Part shown: positions 53,088 through 64,000 of the stretch, piece after piece
How the letters are laid out: the number at the start of each line of letters is the position of its first letter
Position numbering within the stretch: position 1 is the stretch's first letter
Assembly: GCA_965112155.1 (NCBI GenBank)
Contig: OZ218099.1
Strand: one strand, 5' to 3'
Length of the DNA stretch: 64,000 bases
Source: Podarcis liolepis
Lineage: Eukaryota
Translations under genes and position numbers: made by a program
The notes under the pieces: model-generated
What the model saw: only the letters and a program-made list of their open reading frames with translations
Database searches by the model: none
What the model was told of the DNA's origin: nothing

Positions 53088-54663
53088 CAGTGGTACCCCG
53101 CAAGACGAACGCCTCGCAAGACGGAAAACCCGCTAGACGAAAGGGTTTTCCGTTTTGGAGGCGCTTCGCAAAACGAATTTCCCTATGGGCTTGCTTCGCA
53201 AGACGACAGCCCATAGGGAAATCTCAGGGACAGCGGGGAAGCGCAGCGCGTCTTCCCCACTGTCCTCGGACCTCCTCCCGCCGCCGGCTTCGGAACGAAG
53301 CCCCGATGCCGGGCGGCGGAGGGGGAAAGCCTCCCGCCGCCGCGCGGCATCGGGACGAAGCCCCGGTGCCGGGCGGCGGAGGGGGAAAGCCTCCCGCCGC
53401 CGCGCGGCATCGGGACGAAGCCCCGGTGCCGGGCGGCGGAGGGGGAAAGCCTCCCCCCGCCGCGCGGCATCGGGACGAAGCCCCGGTGCCGGGCGGCGGA
53501 GGGGGAAAGCCTCCCGCCGCCGCGCGGCATCGGGACGAAGCCCCGGTGCCGGGCGGCGGAGGGGGAAAGCCTCCCGCCGCCGCGCGGCATCGGGACGAAG
53601 CCCCGGTGCCGGGCGGCGGAGGGGGAAAGCCTCCCGCCGCCGCGCGGCATCGGGACGAAGCCCCGGTACCGGGCGGCGGAGGGGGAAAGCCTCCCGCCGC
53701 CGCGCGGCATCGGGAAAGCCTCCCGCCGCCGCGCGGCATCGGGACGAAGCCCCGGTGCCGGGCGGCGGAGGGGGAAAGCCTCCCGCCGCCGCGCGGCATC
53801 GGGACGAAGCCCCGGTGCCGGGCGGCGGAGGGGGAAAGCCTCCCGCCGCCGCGCGGCATCGGGACGAAGCCCCGGTGCCGGGCGGCGGAGGGGGAACGTC
53901 TCCCCCCGCCGCGCGGCATCGGGACGAAGCCCCGGTGCCGGGCGGCGGAGGGGGAAAGCCTCCCGCCGCCGCGCGGCATCGGGACGAAGCCCCGGTGCCG
54001 GGCGGCGGAGGGGGAAAGCCTCCCGCCGCCGCGCGGCATCGGGACGAAGCCCCGGTGCCGGGCGGCGGAGGGGGAACGTCTCCCCCCGCCGCGCGGCATC
54101 GGGACGAAGCCCCGGTGCCGGGCGGCGGAGGGGGAAAGCCTCCCGCCGCCGCGCGGCATCGGGAAAGCCTCCCGCCGCCGCGCGGCATCGGGACGAAGCC
54201 CCGGTGCCGGGCGGCGGAGGGGGAAAGCCTCCCGCCGCCGCGCGGCATCGGGACGAAGCTCCGATGCCGGGAGGGGGAGGGGGAAAGCCTTCTCCCGCCT
54301 CCCGGCATCGGATGGCTTTCCTGAAGACTTGGGGTGGGAGGAGGGTTTTCCTTCCCACCGCCAACATTCAGAATGCTGTTCTGAATGTTGGCGGTGGGGA
54401 GGAAAAACCCTCCTCCCACGCAAGCCCCGGGAACAGAGGGAAAGCGCTGCGCCCCTTCCCCTCTGTTCCCGTACCTGTCCTGAAGGCTTGCGGTGGGGAG
54501 AAAAGCCCTTCTCCGCACCGCCAGCCTGGCAAGCGGTTTCCCTAGGAACGCATTAATTGATTTTCAATGCATTCCTATGGGAAACCGTGCTTCACAAGAC
54601 GAAAAACCCGCAAGAAGAAAAAACTTGCGGAACGAATTAATTTCGTCTTGCGAGGCACCACTG
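53088..54663. mobile_element. Family A MITE, 1576 bp, expanded by an internal minisatellite
   Basis: TA duplications (53086-53087, 54664-54665); same TIRs and subterminal arms as 8132-8428; no transposase ORF. Confidence 0.88.
53293..54310. repeat. GC-rich 60-bp minisatellite (~16 units plus two 29-bp truncated units)
   Basis: Unit GCCGGGCGGCGGAGGGGGAAAGCCTCCCGCCGCCGCGCGGCATCGGGACGAAGCCCCGGT; successive 60-nt lines are near-identical. Confidence 0.97.
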
Positions 54664-55005
54664 TATACTGGTTTGCTGCTGTACTGTCAAATTTTGACTC
54701 AAGTCAAACATTGGTAAACTGTTAAACTATAAAATTTTAAATTTGCCCATTCACAAATTTTGCCAGGGGTGGCAAAGCGACAGCAGCACAGGTGCTCTTC
54801 AGAGCCACCTTGTCCACCTGCCTCACTCTGAGGAAGGATCCTGCAAAGTGCTCTGTTGATGCAGCAAAGGCACTCCTAAAGTGGCAGGGCATGTTGAATT
54901 TTCCAACTTTCCAACTCCAAAAATGAGGGATGCTAAAAAGTTTTAAGATAACTTGAGAATCCAATATATGTTTGGGTTAATTTAATACAATTTAATGTTG
55001 CTTGG

Positions 55006-55440
55006 TGCCAGGGAACTGCCATCGGAGCTAGAGGCGGAGGGAAGGCTCCAGAGGGATGGCGGAGAGGGTCCCAGTAGGGAGAGAGGCAGCCCATCCGCTG
55101 GGGAAGGAAATTAGCGTAACACCAGTAGAGAAGGGGGGCAGATGGGGGAATCGGAGAGGAGGCTCCAAGACTCCTTGCCGGAGACCAGCGGAGAGAGTAC
55201 GGGTACTCCGCTGCCCACACCCTCCCTGCGCAGAAGACTTCCGCGCAGGGAGAGTAGGAGGAGACTTGGCGTCAGATAACTTTTGTGCTGGAAGAAGTTC
55301 AAGAAACGCCCACTGACGGATTCTGCCAGCGACTGAGACAGTCACGATGCTGGAGGCTGTTCAGTCAGACAGGGTTTAACCAGGTAACCCAGCCAGCAGT
55401 GGCGGCAACTTACGCACGAGCAACCCCTAAATCCATTACA
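55006..55440. mobile_element. Solo LTR, 435 bp
   Basis: Starts TG, ends ACA; exact 5-bp TSD CTTGG at 55001-55005 and 55441-55445; GC/CpG-rich island in AT-rich flanks. Confidence 0.78.
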
Positions 55441-56662
55441 CTTGGTAAATAAGTACTTAAAAATACTGATGTTTTAACATTTTTGTGGAAATTCTAATAA
55501 TTTTAAACTTGTCTGATTATTTTTTTGTGGGGGAAAATGTGTGCAAAATTACATCAAAATCATCAAAAATGATAGGACATCAGATCGGCTTGCCAGATTT
55601 GGAAGTGGCAGGAAGATAAGAAAAGAAGGCTTGCTGAATATAAGCAGAGAGGTAAGCAGGATGCTTGATTATAATCAAATGAAATAAATCTTCTGTGATG
55701 ATGAAAATGAAGAGCAAATAGCTGATGCCCATAATGGAAATGATGGAAGTTAACAAATTGACTTTAGGAAAACAAAGTACGCCTTCTACTTCTAATAAAA
55801 AAGCAGAATACAGCACATTAAAAATACATAATGTTGCTATGTAGAACCTCAAATACGGTATGTTCACCTGCATACCACAGCTGCCACCACCACTGCTGCC
55901 TTTATAGACCCCTATCTGAAGAAATTTGCCAAAATTAAGCTTCACTCCCTAAAATAATATGCCCTACATGACAGGCCAGGGGGTGGGTGTGGGTGTAGTT
56001 GAATTGCCCCTCCTGATGTGCCACCTCAGACAAATGGCTCACTTTGGCTCATATAAGGGCTATATTTGGAGAGGAAACAAAAACCACTAAACCCAAGGAT
56101 GTCCTTCCAACTCTATGTTCTCCTTTCAGTCACTTGATACCTAGGATTCCTGTGGAGTTTTCTCTTACCCCAAAGCAGATAAAGTCTTCTCAAAAGTCTT
56201 GCTCCCTTATAATGATGTAGAGCCTCAAAAAATGGAAACTTTCCCTCAATCTGAAAGTAAAATTAAGGTCACTTCTAGCTGTGAAAGATAAGTAACCTCA
56301 TCCTCAAAAATAATCTATGGTAATTTGAACTTTACAAGCAGATGTCTAACCTCAATTACTCTATGCACAGCTTTGTCCATCTCAAATAAATGTTATACGA
56401 CAGTGTTCAACAACTTTGTCTCTGTGTAAATCAGCAAAAGACCTGGCCTTGCTACTGGAGCTTGTACTGATTTCATTTAAGCTGATTTATACTGCTCTAA
56501 GAAAGTGATTTTCTGCTCACATGTAACTTATAGGTTTTCCAGAGATCACTATTTGTACATCTTCCTGCCCCTCAACTAAACCTAAGATCAATGAATAGCA
56601 GCAACATCTGTGTACAAATGTTTCAATAGGAGTTGCTCTCAGAGTGCCCCCTCCAAATGCAG

Positions 56663-56862
56663 NNNNNNNNNNNNNNNNNNNNNNNNNNNNNNNNNNNNNN
56701 NNNNNNNNNNNNNNNNNNNNNNNNNNNNNNNNNNNNNNNNNNNNNNNNNNNNNNNNNNNNNNNNNNNNNNNNNNNNNNNNNNNNNNNNNNNNNNNNNNNN
56801 NNNNNNNNNNNNNNNNNNNNNNNNNNNNNNNNNNNNNNNNNNNNNNNNNNNNNNNNNNNNNN
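56663..56862. other. Assembly gap (200 N)
   Basis: Run of exactly 200 N; a round number suggests a placeholder size. Confidence 0.99.
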
Positions 56863-56962
56863 GGAGGCCACATTAGCTAAAGTGGTGCTTCAGGTTAAGA
56901 ACAGTTTCAGGTTAAGAACAGACCTCCAGAACAAATTAAGTACTTAACCCGAGGTACCACTG
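56863..56962. mobile_element. Right arm of a family B MITE abutting the assembly gap
   Basis: Near-identical to 20397-20496; ends ...TAACCCGAGGTACCACTG followed by TA. Confidence 0.85.
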
Positions 56963-59900
56963 TAATCTCTTTAACTGAAATAAGAATAGCTTACAGGTCA
57001 TCTCTGGAGAAAGATAATATCAAGCCTTTAGAGAGAGAAAAACCTCTGGCACCACAATTTCTAATCAAACTTGTAATTATGTCATAATAACCCCTCTTCT
57101 GGCACATTCCAGAGGGAAACTTTTACTTCTGTAACACCTTCTATTCCCTTGCTGTTTTTCTCTCCTTAGGTTCATTTTTGTGGCACAATAGTTCATATTC
57201 TACCTCTGTTATTGTCCCAGTGAGAGAAACAGTACATGGCATGCCTTAGACCAGTGTTCTTCAAAATTGGGTTCCCAGATGTTGTTGGACTATCATCCCT
57301 GGTCCGCCTAGCCAGTCATCAGGGATAATGGGAGCTGCAGTCCAGCAACATCTTGCGCCCCCAAGGTTGACGAACACTACTTAATTATGTACCCTTAACA
57401 GCTACAGTGCTGGCTTTCTGGAGATTGTCAGCATTCCATTATTCCATTACTTGAATGTATGTGAAACTGGCACACTATAGAAATAGTCTGACCCATCTAA
57501 CCCTACTTCTAAGTAAACAAGGGTAGAATTGGGTTGTTAGTCATCTAACCACATAGTGCTGCTTTGGTAGTGACTGGATAGTATTTCCTTTTCCAATCCG
57601 CCGCAATATGTCCTGGAATTTGGCTATGGCATACGTAATACGATCAGAACCCCACAAAGAATTATGACTCGGCACAAGGCAGCTGAGGGCATTTTCTCAC
57701 AGGAATTTATATTAATTCAGAACATGTGTATTCAGTGTGCCATAACCGCTCTAGGCACCTGTCCACAATCTGCCCATATCTTCCTCCTGTATTCATGGCA
57801 GACACAGAAAACTGTAGGATGTGTTCAGGCTTTCTAGCTGAAGCTGGGAAATGAACTCTGCTGTTGGGTTTTACCCAGTTATTGCTTTTTGGTGTGTCTC
57901 CAGGTTAGCTTTGCCTGGGAGTTTGAAGGACATGCCATCAGCAGTGAGATGGTCTGGAGAAAGGAAGCATGAAAACTCACCAAAATGAAATAACTGGTAT
58001 TTCCAACATCCTGAGAGTTTATTCTCTTTTTTTCTCTCTCTCCTGCTTCCTATGTATTTTGTGCTCGACCCGTTTATGAAACAGCAGAACATAAATAAAT
58101 AAAAATAAGCCAGTGGGGATACCTGCTCCAGGCTGTGTCTAATCCCGGTATGTCATGGACACCACTTCTTTCTTTTCTCTTACACTAGCCCTTCCAACCA
58201 CAGAAAACAACAGGGACTTTCTTGTCAGTAGAAAATAAATCAGCCAGCTCACCTTCTCATTGCCTGAAATCACTGTTAATAAGCACATCTCCTGCCATCC
58301 AACCACTAGCTCCGAAGGGGCTTCACCTTCCAGTTGCCCCTACAAAACTACCTGAAATAACCTTCTGAGGTAACTGGAATCTACAATGGATTGATAATGC
58401 TTAGGTTCATTTGAAGGGATGGAAAGAGTTCTTCCTCAGAACTGGTGGCGGTGGGCTCAGGAATGAGGTCAGCTTATATGGTTTATCTGACAGGAAAGCC
58501 ATTTGTTACAAAGTGAATTTGAAAGTAAACTACAGCACTGTATTACACAATTTGACCCTGCAGCTGCAGTCTTCACTAGGTCACTGTAGCCTCAAGCACA
58601 TTAAAAGCTTAGGGTGGAAGGGTTGTATAGACTGTGTGCTCTACGATCACCCAGGGAAGTACCCTCAGTTCAATGGCAGACTTTTTATTCCTCATTTTTA
58701 TCACACAGTGCCTGAGGAGAACTAATAATTCCCATTTCTCTTCTGTACAAAATTTACACAGGCCACAGCAATTCAGGACAAAAGGCGAATACACTTCTGA
58801 CAAATGCAATGCAAGGTGAAGCCAAGAGTTTTGTAGTCCTGGAAGCAGCACAATACTCTATCTCCCTTCCCAACTCAATTTCAAACTGTAGGGTAACCAG
58901 CCTCATATACCACTGTACTTGAATCTAATCAATGGATGAAAGGGTCAATGCCATAGAGCAAGCTGTAGTTTGGAGAAGGAACCACTAGGCTAAGCTGGCC
59001 CTGTCCTGCCAGGCTTAGCCTATGTCACTTTCCCTCACCTTGGACAACCAATGGACAACCGATACTTTTGTTGTCACTACTCTAATGAGAATTTAGTGTA
59101 TGAGGATTCCTGACCTGCTCTGGCTCAGCCACATGGCTTTAATCAGTCTCTTTTCTTTCAGACAAGAATGGAGTCGGAAATTAGTATTTCCCCCTATACC
59201 AATAGTTTAGGAATTTCCCCTGTTTTGTAACAAAGCAATGTTTTACTGCCTGTGCAACCTCTTCTGACTGCTGTATGGAAAAGCACATGAATTTGACCTG
59301 TGAAGAGTTTTGTAAGTAAACAATTTTATGAGTTAGTAAATGTGTGGTCTCTCTTTGTACTAGGGAAATGGGATATATTAGGATTCACTGGAAAGGGTCC
59401 ATTTTAAAGGCTTTGCAGCCTCTATTTCCACACTTTTCTTTGAGGCATGCTTTGCCATGCTTAATCTCTACTGGGGTTCTCTCACCTAAGATTACTTGCC
59501 CCAGAATTTCCAACACAAACCATGCCAAAGAGATGTCCTATCCCCTGGTGCTAGCATGCATTCAGGAACTATGAACATCAGCCAGGAAAGCTCAAGGCAG
59601 CAGTCATTTGCAAATGCTGGCAGATAGGTCCCAAATGATGAGCTAGCTTTGCAACCAATACATTCTGCCCTAATTTCCTTGATTAAAGACATGCCTATCA
59701 GTGCTGCATAGCTTAGAGCATCCAAGCCCAGCAGTACGCTCATCAGCAAAGCGCACCCTCACAGCTTCAGTTACTCAGGCTATGACTGTGTGTGCCATAT
59801 TTCATTACTTTATACTTTTCGTTACTTGTGGCAGTAATGCTACTTACCTTTGCATTCTTCGCATTCATATGTGTTTCCTTCCTCATGGCATTGCAGGCTT

Positions 59901-60062
59901 CAGGTTTTAAGCAACTGAAATAACAGTGATTCATTTCCCCTGAAATAATGAATTTGTGCAATTTCACTTTCCCCCCAATAAATAAAGGTGCAGTGTGCTC
60001 CAAAAGATTGGGAAGGACAAACACATTGAGAAGGGACTGGTTTTTAAAAGTTTAGCTTAAAA

Positions 60063-60240
60063 ATAAGAGCTGTTCAACAGTGGAACAGGCTCCCACGAGA
60101 GGTGGTGGACTCTCCTTGTAAGTTTTTAAGCAGAGGTTGAATGACTATTTGTCATGTATGATCTAGCTGAGATTCCTGCATTGCAGGAGGTGGACTAGAT
60201 GACTCCCGTGGTCCCTTCCAACTCTATAGTTCTACAATTC
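60063..60240 (+). mobile_element. CR1 LINE 3' end
   Basis: CAGTGGAACAGGCTCCCACGAGAGGTGGTGGACTCTCC...GGACTAGATGAC...GGTCCCTTCCAACTCTATAGTTCTA, a typical CR1 terminus. Confidence 0.8.
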
Positions 60241-60603
60241 AATGAGCAGCAGATGTAACCGGCAAAGTGTCTAGTGAAACACAACAGTCCAATGCTGCAA
60301 ATTAAGCACAATCAGAAAGGAGAGGGATCTGATAATGAATGCATGCCGAGGAAAGGTTGGGATGAGGAACTGTGTAAGATTTGCATCCACCCAACATTGT
60401 TTTTTATAGCCCCTTCAATGAAGCAAAGCTAGGGTGGTATGTAGACTGTGTTTCATTTTTGTATGACGATCAGCAGCAAATCATGCAACAACAAAAACAT
60501 AGTCTGGTGGACTTTCATTTACTCAACCATGTTCCTTTGGTAGGATTTAAATGCTAAAAATAAAGAGATAGACCATTTGACATGTCCTTTTAGACAAAAT
60601 CAT

Positions 60604-60642
60604 CCAACCAACCAACCAACCAACCAACCAACAACAAACCAA
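60604..60642. repeat. (CCAA)n microsatellite
   Basis: Direct observation. Confidence 0.9.
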
Positions 60643-63600
60643 TTCCAGGAAGCCCAACTGAATCAGGGCCCTGCTTCCTCCCCTCCTTCCCGACGCACAG
60701 TACTTCCCTGATCAAAATTACTCCCTGTACAGAAAAAAATGCTTTTATTTTTGTAACAGTGAAGGGAAAGAGAGAGTTGTGCGTGGCATTTTAACTGGAT
60801 GCGGCGGAGTTTCACCCTTTCCCCAGCAATGTTTTTCGGATAGCAAATTGTTCACTACCACCAAAGCTGCTATTTGTTCTGTTAAGGGAAAACATACAAC
60901 CTGCCATTTCCTAGGCAGCATAAATTTAGCAGCTATCAGCATGAAGCAGATAAGGTTTCTAAAATATGTGGCATACAGTCACTGCCATGTAAAAGAATAT
61001 GAGTTAGGTTAACTGGTAACGCACAGCCTGGAATTTGACACAGCATTCACAACTTTATTCTAATATGGAAAACCTAGGAAGCAGTCCCACGCTATGGGTG
61101 AGATTCAACTAAAAAATTGTTGAGAGGAATGACTTCATTAAGAGAAGACCACGCAGAAGGTGAGAGGCTTAAAAGAACATTAATAACCAGAGGACTATGG
61201 AAGAAAAAAGCCATACAGCAGAATCCTATTCACCAAAAAGAACTGAAAGCACAATGCCTGAGAGTTGACTGAAGCATCCCATGGTATGGCAAGCTGGAGA
61301 TGCCAATATACTATAGAACACATCTTGCTGGTCTTGCAACAACTATGCTGCCTCCTGGTTAATTTTTGAATGCAATCAAAGTGCTGGTTCTTAAAACGGC
61401 AAAGCACCAAAAAGTTTATTCCCCTCAATGGCTTTTTTGGGGGGGGGGGTGTTGGGGGCTCTCCAAAACTGTGTGTGTGCATGTGTTTAGTGACACAAGC
61501 TTCTTCTGAAAGGTTTCAGGGGGCATTTTTTGAGGGGTTGTTTTTTTTTTAAGTAGTACAGTAGTCTTTTAAAAAAATCTTTAAATTGCATTCTTGACAA
61601 AACTGCAGTGGCACATACAGAATCATATAGAAAAAGCAGGAAAAGGTAGGGTTAGGGTGCAGAAGTGGTGTATCTCCGTTGGGCTTTGTCACCACAGAGT
61701 TCCCCATTATGCTTGCAAAAAAGCACAGGTAACTGGAGGTTACTGCTGGTGGCATTCCTGTCTGCTATAGCCAGCATAAGCTCCCAAAATGGGGGGATTT
61801 CAGGGGTAGGGTAGAGGTGGGTTGGCCAAAGATCAGTTGGATCCTCAGTCACTCCAGCTACTGGTGATGAACCCAATCCGGGTCTCTCTGCCATGCCAGC
61901 TTAGAGCTTCCATAGCAGAAAACCTCTTTTTTTCTTTATTATTTTCTTTATTTATTTTATATACCACCCTTCATCCAAGGATCACTAAGCAGTTCACAAT
62001 ATAAAAGCACAAAAATGCATAACATAGTAACAAACAAAAACAATACCCCCCCCATCAGTGCCTCCCACATCGTCTGCTCTGACCCAGTGCAGGTGGCAAG
62101 GCTTTGACTATGGTGGTCACTCCCCTGCTCATTTCAGCCCCGCTGGTCTTGGTTGGAGTTAGGATTGCTTTCGCAGTCGCAGAACTTCGCGCTCCTTTCC
62201 TCATGCTTTTGTATGGTGCATCTTATTGACCTGAAAAGGCCTTGAGACTGCTTTGTTAATTGCAGAAATTATGCATTTAGAAACTCCCAAGTTAGCAGAA
62301 ACCCATGGCTCAAAAGGGCAGCTAATGATCTCTTTAATTTAGAATTAAGATTATTACTTGGAAACCATTGCCGGCATTGAAAATATAGGTCCCACCGAAC
62401 TCTGTGTTCTAGCATCTTTGTATTAAGAAGCTGAAGGGTTTGAAGCAAACTCTCCATGGGCAATTTTCTGCAGAGTTGTAAAAGAAGCTTTTATTACACA
62501 AAATGGCTTGTAATTCCAGAATGGTACAGTGGGCAAAACATTCACGAGAGCCTTATTCATAAGAACCATACACTTCAACTTGTAAACTCTTAGCGTGGGT
62601 GGTTTGAAATATTGCTTGATATGCAATCTTAATGTTACCCAAAATAAATTAAGAAGTAAGCCCTGATCAGCCAAGACCTCCCCATGCCTATTCAGTGCTT
62701 CTGGACAGATTTAGTGAAATGATCATGCTTGTTATTAATATGTGCTGTGCATGGTTAGCCAGCTAATGGGTCTGTAGAGCACAGTGGGTTGTATCCAAAG
62801 CTTCTGTTCCATTTGCTCAGCAGACTTCCATTTGTGCAATGGAGCTTCCCTCTCCTCTCTTCTCTCTCCTCAAAATCTGCTCCAGAGGGTTGGGAAGTAC
62901 CAGTGGTGGATGCTAAAATTTGTGACATGCTAAAATTTAGTGCCTTCCTGCCTCTTGTGCTCTGTTCTACAGCACTGCTGTGGTGTCCCCTGCAGCACGG
63001 CACCCAGTGTGGCTGAACTGGTCATGCCACCATAAAACCAGCTCTGGAGCAGATTGAGAGCACCGGGAGAAAAGAGGAAATAGAAGTCCCACTGTGCACA
63101 GTGCTGAATACAACACAGTATTTTTAAACTCATTCCATTTATAATACTCCATACCTGCCTGCCTTTCTTTCCGCATTGACAAATCTAACTGATTTGGGAC
63201 AGCCTGAAATAAAAAAATTAAATTTGGGCAGTAGAACCATGTTAATTCTGCTCTTTGGGCAACTCATGGCAAATTCATTTTCTCCTAGACTTCTAGGTCT
63301 TTCTTAACAGAGTGTAATAAGGATATAAAATTGCTGTACCAAATTACAAATCAGACTAATGTTTAGTGATTTAAATGGCAGTATCTCTCCAGGGTCTGTA
63401 AAGTTCACTTCAACAGAGAAAAGACTTGGAGACATTGAGCTGTCATCAGCTGAGAGATTCTGTATCATAGCTCCGAATCTACTAAAACGGATTTGAAACT
63501 TAGAAATACACCCAATCCACTCAGCAATATAGGGGGACCTTTGATTCTGGTTCAGACAACAAGATAAAGTAAAAAAGTACCTGTGAACAGATTTATAAAA

Positions 63601-64000
63601 TGTCAGGGATCCCCTAAAGGCATAGGCACAAGCTCCTAGGAGTCCCCTTCTGTATTTTTTGAGGGGTCAGGACATTGCGTCGAGCCCCCTGAATCAACTA
63701 GAGAAGGTGGCACCTCTGCTTAAGGGCATGTTTACTCAGTTTAATGGGGATTACTTCTGCAGTGGAAACTAAGTATATAAAAGAGTTTTGGGCTGCAATC
63801 CTTTTAAGTTCACATACAGAGGCAAGTCATCTAGGGCTGAAGTTCCATACAGAAGGCAAAAGGCTTCTCACAATTGCAGAACAGACATTATGTGGCACTT
63901 GTAAAAGTGCAAGTTCTGCAGAATGAATAACTGAATAGGCATGTTTGGGGCAAGGTGAAGTCTTAAGTAAACTGGTGTCAAGCCATTAAAGGCTTTATAT

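Noticed and set aside
53293-54310. CRISPR-like repeat/spacer array
   Set aside because: Units are contiguous and near-identical with no unique spacers; vertebrate intron with no cas genes
53090-54556. Long overlapping ORFs (389-488 aa) on both strands
   Set aside because: They are translations of the stop-poor GC minisatellite; repetitive low-complexity peptides, no transposase or other domain
56517-56947. ORFs spanning the N run
   Set aside because: Artefacts of translating the gap
49229-64000. CACNA1G exon 9
   Set aside because: No ...FRKIVDSKYF...GIEYHEQ coding sequence seen; the intron apparently exceeds 14.7 kb, although the gap cannot be excluded

Overview
Vertebrate genomic DNA, very likely a squamate and probably a lacertid lizard (inferred from Sauria- and Squam3-type SINEs). 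The window covers the middle of the T-type calcium channel gene CACNA1G (Cav3.1) on the minus strand. Sixteen coding exons can be placed with canonical AG/GT sites; numbering is by homology to human exons 10-25. They splice into one uninterrupted frame of 2437 nt (2416 nt with the short exon 25), from repeat II S2 to the start of the III-IV linker. The known alternative modules are present: cassette exon 14 and the SKEKQMA dual donor of exon 25. Exons 9 and 26 were not found and probably lie outside the window. Introns carry SINEs, L2/CR1 fragments, Tc1/mariner-pogo-like and hAT MITEs, a solo LTR, microsatellites and a 200-N gap. I found no evidence of a new protein-coding system. The most unusual items are: (1) a 1.58-kb TA-flanked MITE whose interior is a chain of hairpins around a GC-rich palindromic 60-bp minisatellite with higher-order structure; (2) an exon 17 acceptor that is directly followed by a strong donor (recursive-splice-like); (3) an RE1/REST-like site in intron 19; (4) RBFOX/NOVA/PTB motif clusters beside the alternative exons. 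Family and human-protein comparisons are from memory, not from database searches.
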